64,000 nucleotides of DNA from Cenococcum geophilum (taxonomy: Eukaryota): assembly GCA_050273025.1 (NCBI GenBank), contig CP158635.1, positions 27,280,001-27,344,000 of the forward strand. Reading direction: 5' to 3'. Below the pieces are notes generated by a model, which was given only the letters and a program-made list of their open reading frames with translations, was not told the origin of the DNA and did not search any database. Position 1 is the stretch's first letter; each line of letters opens with the position of its first letter. The translations under genes were made by a program, and so were the position numbers. Positions 25,891 through 39,500 of this stretch are shown in pieces.

Positions 25891-26907
25891 TAATAATTCT
25901 TCTTTAATTAACGTCTGATATAGATGCTATCTAGCCCCACGCAGACTACTCCGTACACAAGGGAAAAGTAATATTAACGGGAAAAAACCCTTGCTGCTGG
26001 GGGGGAGGAAAAACCCTATAAGCCACCTCAGTAGGATAAAAAACCCCAATTTGCCATGTCCGTCCGTAGCGGCGGCCCTACGGGCCTACGGCTACGTCCT
26101 GTCCTCCTTGAATGTTTGAACTCCTTAGGAACCACTGCTTCCTTCTCTAGCTTATCCAAAGCTAGGGTTCACTACGTCCCAGCTAGGCCTTGCTAATCGA
26201 TTGCCGTACGGTCGTTTCCCATATCTTGACCACCCCCTGTATGCTATCTCCTATAACCATTGCGTTGCTATATACGCCTTGCCTCCCCCCCCCTAGAGCC
26301 ACCGAAGGCGTAAGGGGGATTCATCCGTTCTAACCACCGTAATACTAATAAGCGAGCGGGATATGTTATATTTGGGTATCTTTTATGCCTAGGCCCCAGC
26401 TAGGCCCTTCCTAAGGGTCACCACTCCGTCAAAAGAAGACAATGGGGAAAACCGTGGGTCGCAATCCAGGCTGCTAGGTAGTATTTGGTAGTAAGACGGC
26501 GAGTAACCGCATGCTCCGCGGGCGATCGCCCTGGGGGTTAGGAGGGGCCGTATATTTGCTCGTTCGTTCATTCGTTCGTGCACGCGTTCGTTCGTCAATA
26601 TAAGGTCGTCAATGCTTTCAGTTAAGGTTTAGGGATATTTATTAAGTGCCACATATCCACGTTGGATCGTATAGGTGCCCCAGATAGGAGAATAGTGGTA
26701 GTCGTCGTATTATAGAGGGCCAACAGTAGTGGTTTTCAAGATCTCACCATCCGAAAATTTTTCACTACCGCCCTTAACGCCCACAACCACCACCAGGTCC
26801 TGTCCGCACGCTATGCGACGTCTCTGCGTTGGCTCTAAGTCTGAACTTTAAAGACCTAGGTTCGTAGCCGTCACCACGTATAGGTGCAGAGTCCGTTTTC
26901 GACGGCC
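25891..26907 (-). mobile_element. ~1-kb non-coding SINE-like retroposon, copy 2 (5' HDV-like ribozyme)
   Basis: Perfect 15-bp TSD CCAGGTTGTTAATTA (25876-25890 / 26908-26922). Short (ATT)n-type tail. Colinear with copy 1; interrupts the RT region of element C. Confidence 0.92.
26822..26907 (-). ncRNA. HDV-like self-cleaving ribozyme (predicted), copy 2
   Basis: GGCCGUC GAAAACGGA CUCUGC ACC UAUACGU GGU GACGGCU AC GAAC CUAGGUCU..AGACUUAG(P4) AGCCAAC GCAGAG. One RIP-type G>A in L3 weakens P1.1. Catalytic-C equivalent at 26832. Confidence 0.83.
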
Positions 26908-29900
26908 CCAGGTTGTTAATTAAGTACTACTTTATTACTTTTAGCTTATTTATTAATTAATAGTAGAGGGGGCTATAGCCTAGTGAGTTATTAGCCTCTA
27001 ATTAAATCTTATAATTGTACGTCTGGTAGAGGGGTAACTTATTTAAGGCCGCCTTTAAGAATGCATCCTTATAGCCTGTATAAATGGTAAAAAGAAGGCG
27101 TTTAACTAGTTCCTTATCGGTTTCCTTATCTAGCCTTTCCTCTCTATTATTAATAATTTGGTTAATCTTATATAGGCTTGTTATAAAGACCTTATTATCC
27201 TTCTGGTATATATTAAAGTGGAACACTATAGCGCTAATTGCGGCAATATCTACGGTAGGGGGGTTAACTAACAATAGGGGCGTATGTGACTTTAGGGACT
27301 TTTGGGGTACTAGTATCATCGTTACTCCTTTTAGCTCCTATTACATCTTTTAGAGGTTATCCCTTATATCCTATTAATACGTTCTTTTCTATAACAGTTA
27401 GATCTATACAATTTAGACATTATCTACGTTATTATCTATCCTACTTCCGTACGTAGAGTCCTCTTTAAACGTAGCGCTTTAGGAGAGTATCTTTATTAGT
27501 ATGGAGTTCTTTCCAGCTTTATGGCGGGCGTCCTCTTAGGTAAAGGCTAGGTTATGGGCCCGGACATCCTACTAGTAGGTAGGGTTAGCCCTTGCGGCTA
27601 GTGTCTTACGGTTAGTTTAGATCTCCCTAATAAAGGAGGGTAACCTTAGTCTATCCTCCGGCTAGACAAACTATCTTTTTTATATATTTAACCAAATATT
27701 AAAATAGGACATTTATTTTCGTCTAAGGATTATATTATAGGACCCTAGGTCTAGAATATAAAAGGGGATACCGTATTAGCGTTGTCCGTTAAGAGCAATA
27801 TATAACTTTAAGATGTAGGTAATAGGCCGACCGGCTTAGCCGTTATAGCCCTTTACCTAGACAGGCTTCTCTAGTTAGATAGCTTCTGTATTTAAAAACT
27901 TAGTAACATTATTTGTATAGGCAGTATTTATAAAGGCAAAGCTATTTGCTCTAGTATTAATAAGGGCGGTTATATTAACTCTATATCCATTTCGAGATAC
28001 TATATATAGAACTATAAAATACTTTTTACCTATTAACTAACTAAGATTAATCTCTTCGAGATTAATAGGGTACCCTAAGGGGGAGTCTTTCCCTAGGGTT
28101 CTTCTTTTCCTGACTTATTGGATATTTCTCCTTCCTCCATCTCCTTAATATCGCCTATATCCTTTAGCTCCGGGTAGGATAAGGCAAAGTAACCTTACTT
28201 ATTGTAGTTAAAGCATATAGCCGAGGCAGGGTTAATTAGAGTATTACGGCGAATACTAGTTAATGGCGTGGTACGTAGCTAGTTAGGCAAGGCTTGCCAA
28301 TACGTAGTTATAACCGCCTTTAGTATAAGAGCAGTCGTAACTTGTCTTCCTACTCTAGCTTTTATAGGTATAGCTGGCGAGTTCTAATCGTTACGGAGTC
28401 GCTTCTGCCGATTAGGGCGGGCGTCACTTCTGCCGATTAGGGTAGGCGTTAATCCGCTTTAGTTTTAAGTCTAATAATAGGCAACAAGCTGCGAGTCTTT
28501 TGTGGGTTAGTAGGTCATCTAAGGTTATAGTAATCTTTTCTTATAGCTAAATTATTAGCTTATTATATAGGTCTAATTAGTAGTTCTTAAGGGGAACCTG
28601 GCCTTCTCCTATAAGGTATAGGAATTAAGTCTAGAATTTGGCAAAGGGTTAGTTCGGTTTTATTATTAGGTAATTATAGTTATAACGGGCATCCCGTACT
28701 TTGTTTAGGTTAACATAAATAGCCGCTAGGTGCCGTATTATCTTATTAATAGATATAAATTAGATAGGGGAGTTGTCCTTAAACTTAGCTTAAAGGTGCC
28801 GTTAGGCATCCCCAGTGGTTTAACTAAAGAGGTAGAGTATTTTAGCTTCTTTAGAAAGGAAATAGTTATAGTTAACGCGGAGCTTTCCTCGTACTTAAAT
28901 CCTCTAATTCTTAAAGGTAGGGTCTATCCTATTAGACAGTGGTAGGGGGTTAGGGAGCTTAACGGACTTTAATTACTTCGTTATTATATCCGTACTCCCT
29001 AGTATATTGCATTTAGTAGAGTAAATAGGTCGGCTAGGGCTTTAAGAAGGGGAAGCTAGGCTATTTTATAGGGCTATAAGGCTTTCTAGGATCTCTTATA
29101 GGGTCTCTTATATATTTCTCGCTTTAAGACAATTGGCTTCCTAGCTAGCTGCGAGGGCACGAATCTACTCGCGTATATCTATAACATTATTATTATCTTT
29201 AATTTCTAATCCTAATTAGATCTTAGGTTCCTCTTAGGTAGAGGCAGCTCTCTTAGATAAGCTTACTTTAGGTGCCATTATTAGCTTCCTAAGGTTCGTT
29301 AGTATTATACGCTTTAGTTTTAATTTTAGGGGTACAGGTTTAGTTCTATCTAGCTTATAAGGTGGGATATTATCTAGGCCTTCCCAGGCAATATAGAGTT
29401 GTTTTGGTATCTAAGTATAGCGCGTCGATATATCGTTACAGACGAAGTTTCTTTAGGGTGGGATATTATTAAGGCCTTCCTAGGCAAGGTAGGGAGAGCT
29501 TAGTATAATATTACGGCTTAAACAAATGCCTCTAAACCGAAGCTTAAACGAATGCTATATTACAAAGATACTAAGCTAAAGAGAAGGAAAAGGGGTCGCT
29601 AGGACTAATGTAAACAAATATATAGGGTAAGCCGCTAAGGCGCTAGCTTTAGGCGGGCCAATCGCAGGTCGGCAAAATATGGCAGAATTTGGCAGGTAAC
29701 GTGCGATAGCGCCGTTACATTAGGTAACCTATATAATCGGTAGATTTCGTAAAGGAAGGCGTTAGTGACGTCGCTAACAGCTACGCCTTTAGTTAGGACG
29801 TAGTAGCGTTCTTTTATAAGTTAGTATATTATTATAAGGATGTTCTTATAGGTACGACCATGTCGCTTATAGGGTAGTAGGTCAACAATGAAATCTATAG

Positions 29901-32900
29901 CGATATCTGCCTATTATTGTATAGGTACTAGTAAAGGGTATAGTAGTCCTTAGTACTTTATATTAAAGGCCTTAGCGCACTTATAACCGTAGTAGGCGCC
30001 TATAAAGCGTTTAACTAAGTCTATTATTTTAGGCCAGAAGTAGTATCGGCTAAGAAGCTTATAGGTTCCTCCTCTACTTAGGTAGCCGCTTAATTAAAGG
30101 TTATAGGCTATTTAGATTAGTTACTGTTATAGATTTTCTAAGTTAGGGATAAATAAACAGCCTCTATAATAGAGCCTATTCTCTTTTACTTCTAAGGCTA
30201 CTATATTAATCTAGCCTAAGCTTTAGAGTTTAGTTAGCAGCATACAGGCGCTAGCGGTCTTTACGGCAATAAGTTAATGCAGTAATAGGTTAATAGAGGT
30301 GTTATATGCCGTGGTAATAAGCTCATTAATTTTAGGAGGTAATTTTAGTTCTGTGGTATAGAGCTAAGGTATAGTTAGCTCTATTATAGGTAGCATACCT
30401 AGGGCCAAATTCCGTGCTTTTAGGATCGTCTATTATTGAAACTAGTTATAGGGGTTATCTTTAGACTAAGGAAGGTCTTATAAGCGGCGTATTAGGCTAT
30501 TAGGCTTAATACCTTATACTCCTAGCCTATATACAATTTTAAAGTTAAAACTAGAGAGGAACTTATTCCAGTATACTTAGCATTAGTTTAGCTATTTTAT
30601 AGTTATAAAGTACTTAAAGTTACGATAATCCGTAAGGACTTTAGTTGGCTAGTTAGGTTCTGCTAAGGAGAGTTCTAGTTAGAATTCCTTGAACGCTTAT
30701 ATAATCGCAAGAAGTTCCTTATTATAGATCTTATAGTTACATTCTTATAGTGTAAGCTTAGACAAATAGAATACAACTAGGTGGAGGAGACTATTATTAC
30801 CTATCTAGAAGAGAACGCCTACGTTAACGTGGTCTAAAGAGTTAGTCTTAAGATAAAGTTATCGTCCTAATATAAAGTAAGCTAGGATAAGTGCTTTAGT
30901 AAAAGTATCTTTGAGGTCTTAGAACGCCTTCTTATATTTAGGCGTCCAGATAAAACGTAAATATATTTTTCTTTCTTTTACGGAAAGGCCCTTTATTCGC
31001 ATTATTGCTATAAGTAGTGCTATAACACCTAAGAAGTTATATATAAATTTTTAATAAAAGTTGGCGAAACCGAAGAAAGCTTATACATCTTTAATGCAGT
31101 TAGGGGTTTGCCATTTAGTAATTATATATACCTTCTTAGGGTCTATACAGACACCCTTAGTAGTAACAATTAGTCTAAGGTATTTTACTTCTATAACTAA
31201 GAATTCGCACTTCTTTAAATTAATATAAAGTCCTACGTCCCTAAGGCGCTATAGGACCTTTTAAACGTGCTTAGTATACTTAGAGGGGTCGTTGCTATAA
31301 ATAAGTATATCGTCTAGGTACGTAGAGCAGAAGTCGTTAAGGTAGTCCCGTAAGGCGTTATTAATATAGCTTTAGAAGCTGCTTAGGCCGTTATATACGC
31401 TAAAGGGCATAATAGTATATTTAAATTGGCCAAAGCGCGATACGAATGCGGTTTTCCATTTATTACCTTCTTGTATTTAGAGGCGGTTAAAGGCGGTAAT
31501 AATATTAAGCTTAGTATAGATTTTAGCTTAGCTAAGCCGCTTAAAAGTCTTACGTATAAGCGGTATGGGGTATTAGTTCTTAATCGTAATAGCGTTAAGT
31601 CCTCTATAGTTAACGTAGAATTAAATACCTCCTCCTAGCTTCTTAGCAAGGAGGATAGGGGCGGCTACTAGGGATATACTAGGGCGAATAAACCCTTTAT
31701 TAAGGTGCTCGTTAATATACTTTTTAATAACTAGAAGTTTATCTTTTAATATTAAGTAGGGTCTCTTATAGGGTGGCATTTTTCCTTATTTAATATTAAT
31801 AGTATAGTTATTAGGTTAATGTAGGGGGAGTATATCTACGCTCTTTTATAAGCATACGTTAATAAAGTTATAGTACCTCTTAGGGAGGAGCTTACAGAGT
31901 TTCTCGTTAGTAAGTCCTTTTTTAAGCTTTATAAACTTCTTAAAGTCTAAAGGTAAAAGTCCATAGAGTTCTACGGGGGCATTATTTTCTAAAAGGTTAA
32001 CTATATCTATCCTATTACTATAGAGGACGTAGTCCTATTCTTTATTAAGCTTATATAGTCGTAATTAAGAGGCTATAGTAACGGTCCAGCCTTTCTTACG
32101 TGCTATGCGGTAGAAGGCCGCGGTACTTATATAGTAGTAGTTAGTTATAGGTAGGGTAATAAAGGGTTCCTTAGGTTAGTATCCTAGGAAGTAAATAGAG
32201 GCGGCTAGGCTATATCCTAAGCAGGTCTCTCTACAGTATTTAAAGTTAAAGGTTACTTCTCTCTTTTTCTAGTTAATGGCGGGGTTATATTATTTAAGCT
32301 AGTTTATTCCAAGGATAATAGGGTAGTTAGTAAGTAGTATAATATAGGCCCAGAGTTCTTCCTAGTGCCCATTTATATCTAGGTAGAGTTATACTATATA
32401 GGTAATCTTCTGTGCGGTATAACTACCGTTAGCGAGTTATAAGGCGCGGGCTTTAGTAAGGGGTAAGGTAGGTAGGTTATAAGTATATACAAATTAGGTA
32501 TCTATAAATTTATTAATAGCTCCGCAATTAATTATAGAACGGCTTTTATATTATTTTTTAGTAGTAGTTCCTATTACGGGTAAAACTATCTATTTCCGTT
32601 TATTTATCTTTACTAAGTTATTTATTAAGCAGGCCGATATATAGATCCCCTTATTATTAGAGCGTCCTAACCTACGACTTAGGGCTAGGACTTAGCATTT
32701 TCCGTTTCTATATCTAACTCTACTACTATTACTACGTCTTCGTCTTATACGGTAGTAGCATATAGCAACATATTTTGGTGTTCGAGGTACTAAGTTAAGT
32801 ATTAGGCGGTGGCTACTAAACCTAGCTATTAGGCAGTTTAGGCTATAGCTATAATAGCCTTCTTAACAACATCTATAGCAACTCTTTAGCTTCTAAAGTA

Positions 32901-35900
32901 GCTTATATTCTCCGTCTAGTAGCTTCTATAGAAAGGTTAGTGTAGAAAGGTTAATATTAGGACTAGTAGTGTTACTTAGGGTAGTAGGCGTCGGTGGTTT
33001 AGTAGGTCCGGAGGGCTTCTATAAAAAGGTCTTTAGGTAGGGGTTTACAGTAGCAATCTAATTTAGTTGTCGTTTAATCTTCTATATAGCTGCTACTATA
33101 TTATAAACATTATTATAGTTATAGCTGGCGGCTGCGTAACTAAGGCAATAAGTAACTTTTTTAAGGAGATCTTCTTAGTCTTTAGTATCGTCTTAGGCAA
33201 GGGCTCTGGTGTATTCCTAGAATTTAACATAGAACTTATTAAATAATTTAGTAGGGCTTATCTTTAGGGCACGTAGTTTAGCTTAGTTAATAGCCAGTAG
33301 GTTATAGTCGTGGTATATTAGGTTGAGATCATTAAGGACTTCTTAGTAGGACTGCTACTTTTAGAGGCCATTAGTCTCCTATTAGGCGAAGAGTCTATTA
33401 AATAGTATACCCTTTATTCGCCCGATAATATAGCTAATCTTAATATCTTCTATAGGAAAAAGACAGGCGCTCTAAGTTAGTTTCTTACGGATTTACATCT
33501 TCTAGTAGCTATATTCTTTACGGTCTCCCTAAAAAACTAGGGGATTAAGGTAATATATATTAGACCCTATAGTAGCAGCTTAGGTTTAGTTGTTATAGCT
33601 TTTATTATTACTTTAGTAGGGGTTCCTATTAGGTAAGGCTGCTCGGCGCTAACCCTCTGTTAAGCGTTAAGTAGGTAAAGTTGCTGGGGGCGTAGAGACT
33701 TAAGTGGCGTTATATATAGTAGAGAAGTGTCTAGCGTTCTTATAAATGTGCTCGTTAAGCTAAGATTATAGGTATTTAATTATACCTTCTCTTTTAGTAA
33801 CTGTAGCAATAAGTACAATCTTAGCCTTCTTTAACTATTAAACGTCGCGTTTAGACACGTAAAGGTCATCTTTAGTTTCTTAACGCGTGTTATTGGCGAG
33901 CGCCTTATAAGCTTATAGGTCTTAAATAATATCGCGATCTTAGGCAGCACATATCTCGGCTCGTGTAAGCTTTAGGTAATAGTTCTATAAAAGGCGGTAG
34001 TATTTATTAGGTTCTTATGCTACCATTTTTATAAACGTCTCGGCGTTTTATATTTTAATTTTAATAGGTAGTAGCCCTTTTACTTACTTATCCGTAGTTA
34101 TATAGTTAATAAAAGATAAGATATTATTAGTATCCATCTCCTTAGGGGTTAAGGCTAGGGCTAATAAATCAAATTCTCCTAGGATTAATTAGTGTCGTAG
34201 GTTAAGTATAGGTATTAGATTATTCTTTAGGTTTAATATAGTGGCTAGTAAGGAATATCGTCTTACTATTATAGGTTCCTTAGAAGTATAAAGTAAGGTA
34301 ACTTATAGGCACGCTATTTCTAGCAGCGCCTATAATATTACAGAGACGTAGAATTAGTCATAGGCTAGGTATTGGTGGTAAAAAGGCACAACGTAATATC
34401 ACGGGACGGGGGCAGTGGCTATAAGACGTATGTATTCGAGGAGTTTATAAGACGTTACGCGATCAATCGTAAGGGTCGAGGGCGTAAGGAGGTGATATAC
34501 CTACGCGTAGCTGATATAAGCTATACATAAGGTATACGCGAGAGCATGGGGCTCTCCTATAGAGGCCCCTGCGGTGGGGTTCCGTAACATTCTTAATATT
34601 ACCTAACCCGTTTTCTTTTAATACTTCTATACCTTTCCTATAGCATTCTTTAAATTTTATAGTAGTTCCTAGGTAGTCTTATTATAGCCTATCTACTTAA
34701 CCTTATACTATATTTTATTATTAATATCCTTATAACTAATAATCTTTAAAACTTACTATTTGTCTTCCTCTTATCCTCTATACGTATCTACTTTATAAAT
34801 TAGTGGCTTAATATTTCTATATACTGGCTCTAGCATTACAATATACTATATAGGGTAGATTTTTATTTTAGCTAGTAGGTTTAACTTAAATATAACTAGT
34901 AAAATCCTTTATATAATTTCGAAAGGTCCTAGCCTAATATAGTCTAACTTTTTACTTAGTCGTTAACTCTTAAAATTTTTATATAGTAGCTACACTTTAC
35001 CCCCCTCCTTAAGATCTAGTCCCTTAGATCTCTTAGCGTTATAGTATCTTTTTATTCTTTCTTATACATTTTTCGCTAATTCTATAAGGTCTATATAAAG
35101 ATTTATTAACGTCTTTATTCTTTCTTTAGCTATACTACTCGTTTTCTTTACTTATTATGGTAATAATAATATTCTTAGCTTATATCTGTAATTTGCCTTA
35201 AATAGTAATATACCTATTCCTTCTTATAGTGTTATATTATATATAAATTATATAACTAGATTAATTAATCCTTTCTATTAGTAAGCTGTTACTTAATTTT
35301 AGATTAGCAAATAGTAATAAAAAATTAATCCTTATTTAAACCTAACTCTCCTTATTACATAACCTATACCCTTAAGTTTATATTAATATAGTAAACCTAG
35401 TAGACTCCAGTAGTACTATAATAGCATTTACTAACGTAGAGTCTATTATAAGAAAATATAACATTATAACTAAGAAGCTACTGGCACTTAGGCTACTGCG
35501 CTTTGTAAATAGTATCCTAACTTTACTTATTATAGACTACTTTACTACCTAAATATTAATTAGCCTCTATACTAAAGCTATACTCTTTTTTATTACTAAA
35601 CTCTTACTTACTACCCTAATTATTCTAGATATGCCTTAGCTTTAGAAGTATAAGCCCCGCCCTAGCTTTAGGAAGCTTAAAATCCACTTTAACTTAGACT
35701 ATTACTCTAGGCACTACCTCCTATAGGGGATAACTAATAGTAGTAGGGACGCCCTATATAGATACTCGGCACTATTAAGCCTAGTGCCTAAAACTATATA
35801 TAAAGCCTTAATAGTAAAAGACGTTCCTAATAAAGGGGAGCCTATATAGCTGTAAAGTAATAAGATAGTAAAAGACTAAACTACCCTAGCACTTAAGACT

Positions 35901-36521
35901 AAAATAATAGGCTAGCTAGCCCTGCCGAGACTAAGGAAGAAGATTTGCTTTATACCACTACTACTAAGAATCTAACCCTAACCTAGACACTATTTAAACA
36001 CTAGCCACCTAGCCTAATACTTAAAACTAAGCTATATGCTATATACGTATATTATAGCTTATATTATAGCAAGGACTAGCTATAAAACTACTAAGACTCG
36101 TATAATAGAAACCGCGCCACTATAACCTTATACCCGTCTCCCGCGCGTACTATATAGGGCTACCGCCTTATTTCCGCCCCCCTAGGCTAACTAAGCTATA
36201 CTAGCCTAGCTATAGCACTAGAGAACCAGACACGCCCTAACCTAGATAATATTAGATACGCTTATACTATTAATTTTACCCAGTTCTGTAAATAAAAAGA
36301 CGTAATAGTAATAAGGATCTATATAGCGGAGCTAGTAAAACTGGTTAAATAAGAAGAGCACTAATAGCTGCTTAAGGAGCTGCCTATAGGCCTAATAGAA
36401 GTACTAAACCTATTAAAAAGGTCTTTCCGCTAGCTAGTAGAAGGCAAATAGAGAAAGCCTATAAAGTGCTACCCCCTTATTTTTACAACTTTCTTAAAAT
36501 AAATTTAAAAACTAAGCCCGA

Positions 36522-39500
36522 TGTAATGGAGCCTTATAGTAGGGACTACGGTGGACTCGTTAATGGGCTAGGTATATAGGTATTACAAGTAAGTCAACAA
36601 CGTAATAATAACTAGTGGAGTGGTTGCCTAATAGATTAACTCTAATTGTATTCTGAGAATCACTATAAGGAAGGAACTATCTAGGTAGGGACTAAGGGTC
36701 CTTAAATACACGCCCGTACTCCTACAAAAGTCATTACTTTATCTGCTCTGTCTGCTCTATTTACTCTATTATAGATCTTACAGATTATATAGATTACACA
36801 GATCACATTACGTGACTCTGCTTACTATTCCTCGTTATATAGTTCCACGGGTTCTATCCTGGACCGTACTTATATTAACTAACTAGCTTCTTCTAACTCT
36901 TCTCTAAGTAGTTGTAATATTGTACTTAAAGCGTCCGTAACACCATCTCCCTCCCTTTTATCTTTGTCCTTAAAGATACCTAGCATCTCTAAGTCGTTTA
37001 CTAGAGGTGTAATATCTATCTAATTAATTTGGTTAATATTGTTACTTATAATGCCTAAAGCCTCTTCTTTTTCCTTAACTCTTTATTATACGCGTATAGT
37101 CTCTTTTATACTATTACTTGGTGAAGTAATACTATCTCTATATTCTTATTATGCGAAAAAGGGGTTAGTTTGTGTTACATTGGCGAGTCCTTTATCTCGG
37201 CAACCCTCTTCTTACTTAGAGTGTACTAAAGTAAACATTTAATTGTCCTGCGATATTTGCTTAATTTCTAACGCTAAGTATACGCGTCCTATAACTCTTA
37301 GTAGTCTCTAAGTTCCCTAGGTAATTTGTTATAGGGTTTTATATTTAATTTGCTACTACGAAGCTTAATAATAAGTTGTCCATCGCCTTAGCGGAACTTT
37401 ATTATTCGCGTAACGCTAAGAAGGAGGCTGCTAATGCTTAATAACGGGCTCTTAATTCTCGTCTTGCTGCGTCTACTTAACTAATTTATCTTAAGAAAGT
37501 TCGTAAGAAAGTTTGTTTTAAGAAGTAGAAGCTTATAAAATAAGGTCTGCAGGAACTTAGTAATAAAAGAATAGGTTTTTTTCTAATAGAGAAGGAAACA
37601 ACTCTAAGTAGCTTAGCAGTTGCTCTTCCTAGGTCCCCCTTAGGTGACTCATTCTTTAGTAATTCCTCTTTATTAATATTACCTAACCTTTTTTCTTTTA
37701 ATACTTCTGTACCTTTCCTATAGCGTTTTTTAAATTTCCTAGTAGCTTCTAGGTAGTCTTATCGTAGCCTATCCACTTTACTTTATACTATATTTTATCG
37801 TCTACGTCCTTATAGCTAACGATCTTTAAAACTTACCATTTATCTTCTTCTTATCCTCTATATATGTCTACCTTATAGATTAGTGGCTTAATATTTCTAT
37901 ATGCTAGTTCTAGCATTGCGATATATTATATAGGGTAGATCTTTATTCTAGCTAGTAGGTTTAACTTAAATATAACCGGTAAAATCCTTTATATAATTTC
38001 GAAAGGTCCTAGTTTAACGTAGTCTAACTTCTTACTTAGTTATTAACTTTTAAAATTTTTATATAGTAACCATACTTTATCTCCCTCCTTAAGATCTAGT
38101 CCCTTAGATCTCTTAGCATTATAGTACTTTTTTATTCTTTACTATACTATCTTAGCTGTTTCTATAAGGTCCGCATAAAGATTTATTAAATTCTTCATTC
38201 TTTGCCTAGCTGTGCTACTTGTCTTTTTTACTTATTATGGCAATAGTAAGGTCCTTAGCTTATATCCGTAATTCGCCTTAAATGGTAACGTGCCTATTTC
38301 TTCCTATGGTGTTATATTATATGCAAACTGTATAACTAGTAATAGCGATACCTAATTGTTCTGTATATAATTAATATAGTGCCTTAGATACTGTTCTAGT
38401 GTTTAATTTAATCTTTCTATTTAACTGTCTATCTATAGATAATATGCGGTAGAAGTTACTACTTAAACTTCTTGCTCTACTAAAAACACTTCCTAGAATA
38501 CTGCTATGAATCTTAGATCTCTATCCAATATAATTTTACTTAGTGCTCCATATCTTACAAACACTTCTTTAATATAGATTTTAGCAACATCTTCCGCTAA
38601 TATTTCTTCTATACATACTATAAAGTACCCCCACTTTATAAGCTTATCTATTATTACTAAGATCGCGTTATAATCTTATCCGGTAATAGGGTCTCTTAAC
38701 TTTAGTAACTTAATAATAAAGTCCTATAATATAACCTCCCATAGTCTCTCTAGTATTTTAATAGGTTATAGTTCTCTATATGGCTTATGCCTTATTAGTT
38801 TATTTCTTTAGCAATCTAGATATTCTTTTATAACTTGCCTAGCTAGTCCCTAGATTCCATTAATAATATACTCTTCTTAAAGTCTTAACACTAAGCCTAT
38901 AGCTCCGTTGTATCCTTAGGTTAGTCCTTTATAAAATAACTTAATAAACTCCTTTATAATAGTTCTTGGTACGTACGTTGCTTTTTAATTTTCGTATTAC
39001 TCTAAGTCTAGATCCTCTATTTATGCGTTTAGGATCTTTTATACCTAGTTACTCTTTAGTAATTTATAGATCTTCTCTTCTTATATTGCTGTAATCTTTA
39101 GATAATTATATCTAATTAGTTTATTTATATCTTTTCGCAATAAAGCCCCTAATAGCTTTTTATTATTCTATAGTTTAGCCTTTTTACTTAAAGCATCTGC
39201 TTGTGCATTTTCTGTACCCTTAGTATGCTAAATCTTAAAATAGTATTCCGTAAGCATCTCTGCCTATCTAACCTGTCTGTAATTAAGTTCTTTCATTGTT
39301 AGGAACCCCGTTAGGTTCTTATAGTCCGTCTTAACTATAAATGGTTTTTCTATACCTTGCAAGAACGATCTCTATTCCTTTAATGCTGTAACTATACCTA
39401 GCAACTCCTTATTATAGATATTATAGTTTAGTTCCGGTAGTATCATTTTTCGACTATAGTATACTATTGGGTGCCATCTATCTTAATATTTCTATAGAAA

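Larger units (their letters stand above)
22478..29719 (-). mobile_element. Full-length Gypsy element C inserted in the integrase of B
   Basis: 211-bp LTRs at 22478-22688 and 29509-29719; TSD TTAGG; PPT at ~22691-22700. Degenerate gag/PR/RT/RH/INT/chromodomain on minus strand. Confidence 0.93.
20996..34589 (-). mobile_element. Full-length Gypsy element B (contains C and SINE copy 2)
   Basis: 193-bp LTRs at 20996-21188 and 34397-34589; TSD TTCTT; PPT next to the left LTR. Degenerate RT (YLDD near 31305-31320), RH, INT and chromodomain on minus strand. Confidence 0.93.
10789..35260 (-). mobile_element. Gypsy family A copy A1 (3' part only; pieces 10789-11240, 20303-20995, 34590-~35260)
   Basis: 3' LTR 10789-11208 is similar to the A2/A3 LTRs, with an adjacent PPT. 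The pieces rejoin across the TSDs of A2 and B and are colinear with the 3' region, chromodomain and integrase of A2/A3. Similarity stops near 35260. Confidence 0.8.
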
